From the NCBI GenBank assembly GCA_050084985.1, contig JBITNC010000001.1:190588001-190652000 (forward strand): 64,000 nt of DNA, written 5' to 3'. The notes under the pieces were generated by a model that made no database searches, was not told the DNA's origin, and worked only from the letters and a program-made list of their open reading frames with translations. This DNA comes from Nageia nagi. Taxonomy: Eukaryota > Plantae > Pinophyta. Position numbers and translations under genes: made by a program. Below are positions 13,951 through 27,536 of this stretch, piece by piece. Within the stretch, counting starts at the first letter, position 1, and every line of letters starts with the position of its first letter.

Positions 13951-15319
13951 TGTAATATCCCCATTTTAATGGTGTTTTTCTCATTTAACCTCTAATGAAT
14001 GGGAACATTAGCTTAGGTGTGATTTTACCTATTTTAGTAGGTTTTTATCATTTATTGTAAGTTCCACTTAGAGACTTAGTTAAATTCTCTAATTATGTAA
14101 CAAGAGGCCTTTTTATTAATTTATTATGTATAGTTGAGAGCTTAAATTATGCCAATAATGTGTATTAATGATACCAAGGACATTATATTTGTAAATACAA
14201 TATTAGTCTCTTTTAATGAGTTACTACATATTTCTAGCCTTGATGAATGTAATATTGGTATTAAATGGTCCTCTTGTTATTAATGCTTCCTATTTGAGGT
14301 AAAGCATCCACCTAGGTGATTACATTGACTTCAACGCATCATAAGGACACCCAAGCTTATATGTGGCACATCTAGAAAGAAATTTGGTATCACAAGGTAT
14401 TTATGAGCTCTCCTCCTTAGATATTGGTTTTGTGAGGATATCAAGATCCCATATTGGGCACTTTTGACTCTAGGAACCCATGTCACACCTCAAGATTCAT
14501 TTGGATGCATAGCATCAATTCCAAAGCATATTAGAAGCCCCATCAACCTATTGCTTCATTTCTAGACCCTTGGATATGATCTCATCTATCCCAAGGCTCT
14601 TCATTTTGGATGTTGTCAATAAGAGCACATGGATCACATATATCCAATGTTATATCATCTCAATGCAAGATTAGAACATGGAATACATTGCCTATAAAAG
14701 GATAACTCTTATACTTTATGGAAAATGTTAAATTGATGATTAAACCCCCCTTTTATCGAATTGAGTTTGAGAACTCTTTCTTTGCCACTTGTGGGAGAAA
14801 TATATGTTTGAGGTCTTATGATGGATATCCTTGAGGTTACTTAGACCATTTGATAGAGGAATATTTTTTATTCCATCATAGAGGATTAGGGAAGCTCTCA
14901 GCTTGGCCTTGTTGCTGCTACAATTGGTGAGGCACTAGAGCCATTTAAAATAACCTTATTGGAGGTAACCTTGGTGTAAGCTCTTTAAGCACCACAAATA
15001 TATTTTGTAATTACATTAATCCTATTTTTCTATCAATATAATTACATTATTTTGGTCATTTTACTATAATCATTCTCTTATGCTTGGATGCTAGATCTAG
15101 AAGTGCATTTTCATAGTTAAATTCCTATTTTTACTTTGTTGTTGCAATGTTGGATTTATAGAGTTATTTTGCATGTTTGAATTCATATTTTGAAAATATA
15201 GCTACATGTTAGGATATTTGGTGCATTTTGAGTTAATTTGGCTAGATCCTAATTTAGAAGGAAAATGTACCTCTCCTAGGGCACATTTGAGCATGATCCG
15301 TCAGTTTGAGATCATCACA
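13951..15319 (+). repeat. 3' LTR
   Basis: Direct repeat of 9105-10473, preceded by the PPT. Confidence 0.92.
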
Positions 15320-15669
15320 CAAAGGGAGTCGTGTGACCACTTATTTCATATGTATTAAATGAGATCTATCTATTGGTGAAGTTTTTGCATTATTTATAGA
15401 TAATATTTGGTCTAAATTAATACAAATATATTTATTAGAAATGTTACCATTTTTTTATAATATAGTTCTTACAAATTTTAAATATCACCTTTTCTTCTAC
15501 TCGATTTTGTGATACAAATGTCAAGATTTCAAAATCATTTTGCCACTATTTTATTTATTTTTCTTTGCAAAAATTCCTTATGCATAAATTGAAAGCTTTT
15601 AATACCTATATATATATCATTGATACAAAACACATTAATAAAATAAACTCAAAGATCATCTTCATAATA

Positions 15670-16195
15670 GCAATCATAGTGATGGTTAATAACCCGACAA
15701 AAAAAGGTAATCATAAGTGATGGTTAATAACCCAACTAAAAAAGGTTATCATAAAGCAAACATAGTGATGGTTAATAACCCAACCAAAAAAGGTGATCAT
15801 AAAGAAACATAGTGATGGTTATTTTCTATCCAACCAATAAAGGTGTTCATAAATATGATGGTTAATAACCCAACCATTAAAGGCAATCATAAAAAAAAAC
15901 ATAGTGATGGTTAGTTTCAACCCAACTAACAAAGGTGATAATAAAGGTGATACCAACAAACGTGTTCATGAAGTATTTGTAATATCATCATGATGAACTA
16001 TGTTATTATGTGTATCCTTTACCCTAGATACTATTGGGATTCATCATAATGAACTATGTTATTATGGGTATCCTTTACCCTAAATATTATTGGGAATCAT
16101 CATAATGAACTATGCCCATTGCAAGTACCCTTTACCCTAGGTATTGTTGGGAAGATATATGCATACTAGTGATGGTTAATTATTTTCCAACCAAA
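15670..16195. repeat. Two adjacent tandem arrays (~40-52 bp and ~55 bp units)
   Basis: About 6 copies of agtgatggttaataacccaac..aaaggt.atcataa, then 3 copies of catcataatgaactatg....tatcctttaccctag.tattattggga. Confidence 0.85.
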
Positions 16196-18329
16196 AATGG
16201 ATGTGAGAATATAATATTCAAACATAAGAAAATGTGAGCTTTTATTCCCTTTATATTTCTCTTATATATAAGTATTGTACGTAAATGAAAGAAACTCATT
16301 ACAAATTTTTCATTTCTTGAAGATATATCAATGATACCTGAGCATAAATGAAAGAAACATTGTAATATATAAGATAAAATTTTACTTAGGAAGTTTTATC
16401 TTTCATTACCCATAAATTTTTCATTGACACAAGAATCATTAATGAAAGAAACTCTATTCTTAGGACATGCAAGCTTTCATCACCCATAGATTTATCAACG
16501 ATAAAAGTATCATAAATGAAAGACATGTTCCATAATAAAAAAGCTTGCATTTTACATAGGAAATCATTTGAGAACATAAGCATTGAATATCATGTGCATA
16601 TTATAACTTTAAAAATAATGTAAAATCATATTAGTGTACTTAGAAATAAAGACATAAGGTGAGAAAACTCCCTTTTATCGTGTTTGGGGACATGCCCCTA
16701 TGTCTTTTCTTTGGAAATATGATGTCTACCTGAATTTGTCCCCAACACTAGTGATGAGTAACACTTAGAAATTTAAAGCCTTTATCTAATAAACCTATAG
16801 CCTTTGCTTATATGATCATGAAATTGGACCTTTTCTTGGGATTTACGTTGGGAATTTTTCTTGTAAGTTCTTCTTGGAAATAATTTCTTAGAAATCATTA
16901 AAGAAAAACTTTCTTGGGTACTTTTTTGATATTTCCCCCAGTGCTAGCGCTAAGTGACATTTTTAACTTTGGAAAATTCATTTGTTGTATATTGTCTTAC
17001 TATAAGATTTGAAACCTTGAACTTTATTTATGATTGAGCCTAATAAATTTGAAAATACTCTCCCTTTTCTACAAAAAAACCTAGCGCTAGTGCTACCAAT
17101 AGTGCTAACACTAGTGTGCATTAATATTTGGATGTGAAATTTTTATTGGAAGCATTCTGAGCATATGAAGATATGAAAACTTTAGAAATCATGTGAATAT
17201 TTAGGAATATAATGAACATATGAACATAGAAAACTTTTAAACTTGTAAATATTATGAACATATGAACATAAAGGATATTTGCACTTCAAAAATATTATTA
17301 CTCTTTGAGAATATATGAAATTTATGAACTTTATGAAATTTAAACATTTTTTATATTGTGAATATAAATAACATTTTGAACTTTATTAATCATAATAGCA
17401 TGTGAATATATGATAGTATGTGTGTATATAAAGCATATAGAACATAGTATTATGTATATAAAACATGAGAATCACAACTTAGGAGATAAGGGAGTTAAGT
17501 GCTTCAAGTTTTTGAGTTATTGAGGGAATTCCCCCAAAGTTAGCACTAGGTAATATATAAAATAAGCATTATAAATTCATTAAACTAACCACATGAGCCA
17601 CTTTTATTATTATTTCTTTATTTTCCATCTTGAACCCCAACACTAATGCTACCAGGAGCGTTGGTGCTAAGGAACTTAAATATTTGGATATTGATATTTA
17701 ATCCAATTGATTCTCTTATTAAACTAACCTTTCTTAACTAAAATTTTGATATTTATCCCCATAATTGAATTTAAACCATAACTAATTTAAAAAATTGATT
17801 CATATGGGCAACTTGGTTGCCCCCAAGTTGAGAAATAATGTCCCTATTTTATGAGAACATTCTATTTTTTTATGAGTATGTTCATATGAAAAGAAGCCTT
17901 ATAATAATCATGGATATCTTATAAATATATATATACATACCAAGTTTTCATTTATATTGGTACCTTGGAATTAAAAAATTCACTTTTAGCATTCTTGCAA
18001 CTTTGGCCAATTTTGCATATTTTCTTGAAATAACTTAGAATTGCATACAAATATGAGAAATAATTATCAAAAAACATGTATGTACATATTATTATAGTTA
18101 CCTTTATATTTTTCCACCTTATTTTCTCTTTTCAAGATTTTGATCCTCTCGGTTCATGATCGTTTAATTCTTGCAGACATGTCATTATTATAAAACTACA
18201 AACTTCTAAGAAGTACAAATTTTGCTAAATATATCATATTAGTTTGATTCTTTTTACTTTGGAAAGAAACCTTTACTAGATGTAGGTATTCCTCCCATTT
18301 CATGTGGTTATGTATGCAATAAATGAAGA

Positions 18330-19240
18330 TCAAGCCTTCTAATAATTAATTTACCTATTTTATTTGATCATTGATCACCATATAACAAGTTGAACTTATT
18401 TTCAACTTAGTGTCAAAATCATGGTGAAGTTCTTACCAAAATTTGGAAGTAAAGCATGAATTTATATAAGAAATAATCATTTTAAGTAATCCATGTAGTC
18501 ATGTTGCCTCCATAGAAACTTCCTGGTGATAATTATAGAATGATCAATGAGATTCCCTAGTACAAAGTGTGCTACTTTAGTCAACTTATGCACAACCATA
18601 AAAATAGCATCATGCTGAAACCATGTTTTTTGGAAAACTCATAATAAAATCAATGGAAATTACTTACTATTTCTAAGCGGGGATCTCATGAGGATACAAT
18701 TTCTCAGTATTCATCATTCACTTTATAATATTCTAGATATTTTTATATAAAGCTAGCAACATTTATCTTAGACTAATAAAATAATAGCTTTAGGTTTTCT
18801 CATATTTTAGTTCTTTTAAAATTTGCAAAATGTGGGGTATAATGGATCTATTATAGAATTATCTATCTCAAATGTATTGTTATTAGGATTACAACCTTGT
18901 TTCTAAAACACAAAATTCCATAATACTTAATACTAAACTCCCTTTTATAAAAGGGCTTGTTTTCATCCTTTGAGAAAATCCTTCTATAATAAAAATCTTA
19001 TTTCTAGAATTTTCAAACCTTGTTAAGTCATATATATATATATATATATATCTTCTTTATGCTAGTATAACAACCACCTTATTCTCCTTTCCTTTGATAT
19101 ATTATATACCAAAATCATATTCGATATGGAATTTTATCCTCTCTTTTTTTTTAAGGTAGATTTATATTAATAGTGGGTTTTTTTATATGGTCCAAAAAAA
19201 AAACCTATCTTACAAAAATTGTTATGATATATCATTGAAA
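18330..19240 (-). pseudogene. Chromovirus (Tekay/Del-like) RNase H C-terminus plus integrase core remnant
   Basis: EYDFGI*YIKGKENKVV marks the RNase H end. PHEIPA*K**VISIDFIMSFP...HDAIFMVVHKLTKVAHFV and TSKFW*ELH..FDTKLKISST match the integrase core. Confidence 0.85.
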
Positions 19241-20289
19241 AATTGATTATCTACAATATCCTACATTTCACTTCCTTATTTGGAAGGAGGATCCATCCAT
19301 CTACGGTAATCAAAAATAGAGTAGAGGTTAGTAACATAAGCAAAAGTATCCATCTCCATACCTTATCTTTTGTTGGCCATAGCATTCTTCATCTTTTCCA
19401 TGAAGTCCCACACAACCTTAATGATATTCTCCTACTATTTAGTTGGTCTATCCAATTATATGCCCTTTGGGAGCCTCTTGATGGCTATTTTCATTCTATA
19501 TAGCTTTTTCTTTCATTCCCTCTACACATATTCATATTCATAGACTCACTTTATGGACTAGAGAATAGCATGAGACTTCCAAAAAAATTTAGTTGTGAAG
19601 CCATTCTATGTGGGGATCAAATAGATGAATTTTCTTTTTTAGCCTTCTTTCTTAGCTTCCTTGGTTTGGTTCTCAATATTAGACAACACTATGTTCTTCA
19701 AATGGCTCTTTCCATGGAGATATTTTTCACTCTCTACCTCACCCATAAAAGCTAGCACCTTCATAAAATCACTAATCAAATCCTCATAATTAGAAGAAAT
19801 ATTGATCATATCAAGGGTTTTAGTGGTAACTAAGGGGGTGGCTAGTAAGGAGATGAAGGTGCTCAAGCTAGGGGAGGAGTTTTATCTCAAAGAGGTGATG
19901 GAGGAGGAGGTGGTGGGGGAGGTGAGGGAGATGGAGGAGGAGGGGCTGGTGGTTATGGAGGTCATGGAGGACATGGGGGTCAAGGGGGTGATATTTGGTA
20001 GGTGATGGGGGTGAATTTTATCCATTATTATTTATATGCATTTAATATGGTTTGGGTGAAAATATACCTTAAAATATAATGATCATATCATAGTTTAAAA
20101 TTTTTATCCAATAGATAATGTATTAATATTTGTAGAGTATTAAATTTCATGGTCCTTTATTTTTTGTAACTCATAACCCACCATAACACTATTTTACATC
20201 AAAAATACCCATAGTCTTTCTAAATTTGCATTTGTTCAAATAATAAATTGCATGTTTGGATAAAGGATTTTCAAAATTGGGGCTACAAT

Positions 20290-20560
20290 GAGTTTCTTAT
20301 TTAGGAGCTTTAAATATTCTTTATATTTCTTTGACCATTTAAATACCTTTCCCTTTTTATTAAAGGATGTAATGGGATATGTTATGTGAGATAAATTCTC
20401 TAAAAACCTTTGATACTACCTATATAAAACTATAACACTATGGATATCATCTATATCTCTTGGTGTTGAATAAGTAATGTTGGCCTCAATTTTCTTAGTG
20501 TCTAATGTAATCTCATCTATGAAAATCATATGTTATTTTTTTATTAATAGGGTAAATTTT
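20290..20560 (-). pseudogene. Gypsy RT thumb/connection fragment
   Basis: HMIFIDEITLDTKKIEANITYSTPRDIDDIHSV..YR*YQRFLENLSHITYPITS..KKGKVFKWSK matches the GHxISxxGIxVDPxKIEA...GYYRRFIxxFSxIAxPIT pattern. Confidence 0.75.
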
Positions 20561-21149
20561 ATTAGTAAACAATTAGTGGAGTTTTTAAAGGCCCTCTCAA
20601 TGTTGTATAAAAAATGTTCTTATTGTATTAATAATATGCTTAGTGGTTGCTTCTACTATTGCATTTCATTCCCAATCACAAAAAGTAGAAGTTTAGGTAA
20701 TACAAAAATTTATACATATGAGAATGAAGAAATAAGTGCATGCTTCATTCAATGAAAAACATCACATGTCTATTATAGTTTTTACATAATATTTTATTAT
20801 AAAAATAGTAAAAATATCATTTATTTCATTCTTCTTTCCCTATGTCTGATCCTAGCAGAATCATATCTTTACCCCTTAGAAATTTAAAACCTTTTTTTTA
20901 TAATCATTCTTGAAGTGTGTGACATATATTTGGTCGATGATTAAGTTGATAACATGAGCCCTCTTTGTTAGGAATTCAAAGAGATTACTTAATTCTCCAT
21001 TCCTCCTTATGGATTCTTCCATCATCCTACTATTTTTGCAAGGATATTATGGTAGTTGTACATGGGCATCTTTAGCCCTTTTAGGATATGATGTTTTGAC
21101 CTACAATTGGTTTAGAATCAACACCTTCACTAAATCAAGTTTTTGGACC

Positions 21150-21860
21150 TCATATTTCTTAATTTTTTTATTCTTTTTTACCTCTTTATTTTCATGTTCC
21201 TTAGTCTTAGATTCCATTTCCTTTCCCTTTTCTAATTTGCTTCCCCTATCTTCTCATTATTTTTTCCCTTTATGGTTTCTTCTTTTCTTTTGTTTTTCCT
21301 TTTAAGGTTCCTTTTTCTTTCTTTATTTTTTTTTTATTTTCCTTTTATGCCACATTTTTTTCCTCTTGATGTGTCTCTTCCTCATTCTAATCTTTTTCCT
21401 TTATATGTACTTCATTCTTCTTTATTTATGTTTTTTCTTTCATTTTGAATTGTAATTGTTGTTGTTGCTCTTCCAAATTTATAACCTACACAAAAGTCTT
21501 CTTTTTTATCCTTTCTTCATTGGTTTATCCACTTTATATATTTTTCCCTAGTCCTTTTTGCTATTTCTTATTGTACCTCCTATGCTTCATTCTCCTCTAA
21601 TTTCTCATTTTCTTTGTTGCATATCTTCCTCTTTCTGTGGGTGTGTTATATTTCTCTTTTTTCCCCCACTTTGGCACATTCTTCTCTTGAGTCTTATCCC
21701 TATTTTTCTTATAGTTATCCCTTTACCCTTTATCTTTCATTACATATTTTAATTTTTCTTCATTATCCTCCTTTCCTTTACACTCTTTTTTTCTATTTAG
21801 CTATCTTTTTATATGGTTTTATTTGGATCCTCTTTTTACTATTTTCTTTGATTTTAATCT
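21150..21860. other. Pyrimidine-rich low-complexity tract (possibly decayed K/E-rich coding sequence on the minus strand)
   Basis: Strong C/T skew on the plus strand, which generates the spurious F/L/S-rich ORFs. Confidence 0.5.
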
Positions 21861-21869
21861 ACCAACCTT

Positions 21870-22430
21870 GCTAGAACCATTAAAAGGTGAGAAATAGGTG
21901 TGGAAGATAATATTTCAAGGAATAATGAAGGAATTTATGGATTCATACAAAGGTTTTGATCCATAATTATCAAAAGAGTAGCTAAAACATGGTATCTAGG
22001 AGTTTGCAATATCAACAATGTGGAGGTGGAATTCACTTAAAAATTAAAAGAGAAGGTAAACTTAATAATCTTAATAAAATATTTAAATTTAGGAATCCAT
22101 GAGAGTAATATGTCAAATATGGAACTCGGTTTGAGAGGAGCAGTCTACTCAAGCCAAGGGATGAAGTTACAAGAGTCTTAATGAGGTATGTGACTTTAGA
22201 AGGGAGACATAAGGTCTTTTTTGCATATCATTTTATCCTATTAAATCATATTAAGTTTGCATAAGTAGAAAAAAAAAATTACCATTCTTTATCTGTTATT
22301 CTCTTGTAATTTTAATCAAGAAGGTATAAAAAGTATAGGCAAGCTTACCATTGCATCATATTATATTAATCAAATTAGTTTTTGACATAGACTTAATAAG
22401 ATACCTAAAATCTAACCTAGAAATTCACAT
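21870..22430 (+). pseudogene. Decayed retroelement-associated accessory ORF of unknown function
   Basis: Coding-like peptides: VAKTWYLGVCNINNVEVEFT...VTRVLMRYVTLEGRHKVFFAYHFILLNHIKF. It lies between Tekay RT fragments. Confidence 0.4.
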
Positions 22431-22479
22431 TGGGGGTAAGATGAAGACATCCCCTTGAAATAATTTTATTAAAATGAAG

Positions 22480-24800
22480 TAAATTACATGTTATAAATAC
22501 TAAATATTTTCAATGAAAAATTCATTCTTTGATAATTTGCCGAAAACTTTATTACTTCATAAAATTTGAATTATTATCCTAAGATTCCCATTATGCTCTA
22601 CATAACTTTGAGAGTAAACTGAATATTATCTAAAAAGACTAAGAAAAACTTATATAAGTATTTTCAAAATATACTATTCATTAAATTCATAAGATTAGTT
22701 AGAGAATTTATGAAGTCAAAAGGTAAAATACTAAACTCATAATGTTCATACTAGGATTTAAAGGCTATTTTATGAGTATCACTTTTCTTAATTCTTAATC
22801 AATGATATTGAAATATTAAATTTATATTTGAGAATGCCTTTTTTCCTTTGAGTTGATTAGAAAGGTCATCTATTCTAGGTACTAGATATCAGTTCTCAAT
22901 TTTAATCTTATTTAGCATATGGTAGTCTATATAAAGTGGTAAACTAGCATCCATTTAATTTCTTCATAAATAATATCGATCCTCCCCATGGAGAGATGAT
23001 AGGTTTAGTAATACCTTTATCTATAAATTCTTGAAGTCATTATTTTAAATATTTTTCATTTTATTAGTATTCATTTGTTATGGGGTATGAGTAACTAGCT
23101 CCATTCTTGAAAAAATATTAATATTGAAATTGAACTCTCTTAGGAGGCATCCTAGGTAGTTCCTTTAGGAAGACATCTATATATTCACCTAGAATGGGAT
23201 CTTTTATAAAACTTTCCTCATCCACTTCTTCAATTTGTTATAAAAATTATATTCCTCTTTTTAGCCATTCTTTCCTATTACATGGTTGATATAACCTATG
23301 TTTGAAAAGGTTCTTACTTTGAAGTTTTGGTTTATTTTTGGAATCAGCAATGTATTCTACTCATCATTCCTATGGGGATGTGCTTCATTTTCTTTGATCC
23401 AATCCATCCCAAGGGTTACACCAAATGATTGTAAGGTGGGTATAACCATTTATTAAGGTGGGTTTGATATTTACTAAATATTTACTAATCTCTAAGTCTT
23501 CCTAGATCCATAATCCACTTCCCACCTATCAAATGAAACATTATGCTTTGTGATAATTTATTTAAAATATGAGTGAAAATAAAACTATGTATATCTCTAA
23601 TATCTACCAAATGGTAATGGATTTATCAAAAATAATACCTTCTAATAATATTAGGGTTTGTTATCACTTTAAGGCTACTTTCCTTTAGGCTACATAAATT
23701 CAATGGGTAGGCTTGATTTTCATTTTTCCTTTCTTATTTTGATTTCTAAAGGCTCTCTAATTAACCTTTTAAAGGTATTTATTAATATATTGATGCCCCA
23801 TACAATTAAAATACCTATATCAAGGTCCATGAAATTTATTGTCCCCACTTCTTAGTGAGTTTTTATTTCCTTTTCCTCAATGTTGACCTTGATTCTTAAT
23901 CTTTGAGGTCTTCTTCCTTGGTTTATGTGCCTTATTATCCTTCTCATCCTACTAATGGCATCCTTTAGAATTAAAAATTCCCTTAGATTGCTCCTAGTCT
24001 CTTTTTGTTCCTCAATTCTTTGACCACTTCAAAAATAAAGATATCATTTTCCTTGACTACACCCTACCCTTGAGAAAATGTTCCCTTGTATTCTATTTTA
24101 TATCCTCTTTTTGAGAAATATCAAAGTCATTTCATAAGCTCTCTAGTATATGTAAATTAATATGGGTTTAAATTTGAACATTTGGATCTAGTATAAATAT
24201 TTTAACCTTAAGGGATTCATTATTTTTATAAGTACATACCTTAAGAATTGTATGTACTTCATGTAATATTCTTCCATAGTAGATTCCTTTTGAATAAGTC
24301 AAGTAAACTCCTTGAAATTATCAATGTAATATTACTATTTCAAGAACCTTTCCTTAAAATCTTTTAGAAATTATTTCCAAGTTATAGAGCCTAAATATTT
24401 TTGATCAAAAAGTATTTGACCACTCTAAAGCTACTTCCTATATATGGATGGTCACCCAAACTATTAGCTCTTAATGATAATTTCTTTAAGCATAAATATA
24501 TTTCAATTTTATTGATCCATAGTTCATATTTACCAATGTATATAGATATTTTCATATTCTTGAGTTATTTTACAATTTTTACTTTAATCCTGTCTATATG
24601 AAGTTGAGCTTCTTGAGTTTCTCTTTCATTGAAAAGTTTCTTTCTCTTTATTATATTTTCAAACTATCCTAATATTGTATTAGATAAGATTTTTATTTAT
24701 CCATCCCATCTGTAAAGACTTTGTTATTATTATTAGGTTTATTATTCCTCATTCCCCTATTGTGGTGTTATGATGAATCTTGTTTATTATTGGTAATTTC
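22480..24800 (-). pseudogene. Tekay/Del-like gag - protease - reverse transcriptase remnant
   Basis: RT: GMPPKR, EFIDKGITKPIISPWGGSILFMKK, IDYHMLNKIKIEN*YLVPRIDDLF, YEHYEFSILPF, FLVFLDNI (decayed xxDD motif), FGKLSKNEF. Protease: LGMDWI. gag: ITWK*FLKDFKERFL. Confidence 0.9.
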
Positions 24801-26387
24801 TTTATTCCTAGGGTTTCTTTGCTATTCACTTCTTATTATTATATCTTATAAATGAAAATAGGAGTAAGTTCTCATTATGTAGAAGAATAAATATGCCATC
24901 AAAATTTCTTTTATAAAAAAAAAAATCAAACAAAATAATCTTTATTATCATTGTGACTCAACCTACTGCATTAAGAAAATAGGAAGATTTGGTTTTGAAT
25001 TTTCCACTTTGTTTCCTAATATGATATTTGGTAAAGAGAAAATAGCATTCATTCATCATGGTTTATCAAGAATCCTATTCTAAAGAATAAATAATGTGGT
25101 TTTCTTTATGCCTTAATATTGGTAGTAGGATATAGTTATCCTAACTAGACCTTACCATCTTGGTATTTTTATCAAACTTTTATTCATAATCATCTCACCA
25201 ATATTTAGGTATAATTATGAAAGCAAGTATCATGCAAGTCTTTAGCCTTACTTATTAGTGTTAAGTATCTTTCCAATTTTAGGCCTACATATATGCAAAT
25301 AGTATAAGTATGTCTATTTATAGTGTTTTAAAATTTGGATATGTTTAAACCTCAAACTTAGGCCCCTCCCTAGGTTTTCCCTCCTAAAATCAAGTTTGGG
25401 CCACATCATCATAGGATATTGACCTTAACATGGATAAATATTTTTCCCCAATTTTGATTCTTAAATAATCTTGCTAATCCTAAAGGCCTACTTCAAGATG
25501 ATTATAGTGCATGTTAGTAATATTTAGGCCTATACTATCATAATCCATATGGATTATGAATTCTTATCAATTTTCCTTTGTTTTGATAAATTCAACTATT
25601 TTCCATTAATACCCTATTAGTTTCTCATCTGATCTCCTTGACCTTATGGATTCTTGATCCATGTTTTATCCTTTTAATACCTTACACTTAAAGGTTTTAT
25701 AGTATCCCTTTTAGGCTACATCATCCTTTTCTTTTGTCATATCATCCCAAATGTCTTCTTGATCCCATTACATTAGCCTCGAGTATCAACTAATTCAATA
25801 ATTGATTAACACATTATTAGTTGCCTTCTCTAATTTTTATACTTATAACATCATAAGACCAAATCTTAGTGCATAAAAATATTATTTTATTTTTATTAAC
25901 CAAAATTAAATTTTCTTGACTATTTTCTTTTTACATTAAATGGATATCTTTTTCAAATGGGGCCTCTTCGAGATCTTAATAGGAAAGGGTTACTTGAGTA
26001 TATTGGTCAAAGAGATATGTGATAACTCACAATGTTAATGGGGATACATTTCTCTCATAAAAATGGGAAAATAACTCTTGTAATTTTCCATTGATAAGCT
26101 AAAGTAAGTATATATGATGTGGGAATTCTTGAGCTCTTGCTTAGTTTTTTGCAACTTCCTTCCTTCCTTAAGGAAATACAAAAACTCTTGTAATGTCATT
26201 TCTTTAACATAACACTAAATTCTTATAGAAGGTTCTTTCATTGTTAATTGTGATAACTTTGGTGGATTCCATTACTTTCCTTTTATTATTTCCCTTTTGG
26301 TTATCCTTCTTTTAAGCTCTTCCTATCTGCCATGCCATTTATATAGTAAGCATAAAATATTTATCCCCTATTGTATAACCTAATATT

Positions 26388-26576
26388 ATTTAATACCAAT
26401 GTAATGATCTTATATATTCATCCTTTTATTTTAAAATGTTAAGATGATATAAACTAACTTACACCTCTTTCCACATTCACAAATTCATATCACTCTTAAT
26501 AGCTTATCTATCATCTTAATAATATTTAAGTACTAAACCATTTTATAAACTTCAATTAGATAAGTCACTTGAGAAT
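26388..26576 (-). mobile_element. PBS and 3' end of the 5' LTR of a minus-strand element (probably the Tekay element)
   Basis: Minus strand reads ...cattaCA t TGGTATTA (LTR end at 26400, degenerate Met PBS), upstream of the gag-pol at 22480-24800. Confidence 0.5.
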
Positions 26577-27536
26577 CACTACTACCAAAAGGTCAATTTG
26601 CATCCTTTTTTGCATCTTAAAATAGGAAAAAGAAAAATTTACATTAATTTACATCATTCTATGTTGAAATGCATCATTTTAATTTTTTTTCCATTTTTCA
26701 CCTTTTTCAACACAAAGTTTGATGCAAATTTTGATACAAATTCCAATGCAAATTTTGACACAAATTTTTATGCAAATTTTGCATCACATTTCATTGAGAA
26801 AAACATAAAACATGTTTTTCCTATTCATTAATTGACCAATTGATGGCTCACATCCATTTTTTCCTCTATCCATACCAAAAGTGATTAGCCAATAGCCAAA
26901 TACCCTCTCCTATCTATATATATCAACAAACCCACCCTATAATCCTTACATTTCATGAACTTTAGCTAATTTTGTTCTTATATTTTAGATTTTCATCATA
27001 GCTATGGCACTCAAGGAAGATAAGAAACCCAAAGAGAATAAGCCAACATGAAAAAAACTCCATAATTGAAGAAAAGAAAAAAGAGAATAAGCCCATAGTT
27101 GCATAAAAAAAAACTCCTTCAAATACTAATAAAGAAGCAAACATTAAAAACCTTACTATATTATTTAAATTTTTAAAACCTCAACTACTAACCCCATTCC
27201 TGAACTGGTTCAATGGACCTATATCATTGTCCTAAAGACCTAATAAAAATGATGTACCTTATAGAGGCTATAAATTTAGATCTCGATATCATTTTGAGCC
27301 TATTTTTTTTTTTAATCACATAGAATTAATATGAATTTAAAAAAAAAATGATGCAAATTATGAAAATTAGATGCAAAAATTGATACAAATTCTAAAAATT
27401 GATGTAAAAATTGATGCAATTTTTGACTTGTTGTTTGCATCCTTTTTTGCATCAAAAAAATTGGAAAAACATAAAAAAAAACAATAATAAACAGTTTAGA
27501 TACAAAAAAGTATGCAAACCCTTTTTTTTAGTAGTG
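26577..27536. mobile_element. Non-autonomous CACTA (En/Spm) DNA transposon, 960 bp
   Basis: Termini CACTACTAccaaaagg...ccctttttttTAGTAGTG, 3-bp TSD aat/aat, and subterminal (t)gatgcaaattt / ttgcatc repeats at both ends. No transposase. Confidence 0.93.

Larger units (their letters stand above)
9105..15319 (+). mobile_element. Non-autonomous Ty3/Gypsy LTR retrotransposon with gag plus protease only (TR-GAG-like)
   Basis: Two 1369-bp LTRs (9105-10473, 13951-15319) with TGTAAT...catcaCA ends. Met-tRNA-type PBS tggtattagagcc at 10475, PPT gggaagggtggact before 13951, and imperfect TSD aaaag/caaag. Confidence 0.92.

Noticed and set aside
15670-16195. CRISPR-like repeat/spacer appearance
   Set aside because: The linkers are related to each other rather than unique, the repeats are degenerate, there are no cas genes, and the context is eukaryotic TE sequence.
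19802-20005. Glu-rich ORF
   Set aside because: Low-complexity GGA-rich tract inside a TE fragment, with no recognisable domain.
21009-21874. Hydrophobic F/L-rich ORFs resembling membrane proteins
   Set aside because: Artefact of the pyrimidine-rich strand, which is poor in stop codons.
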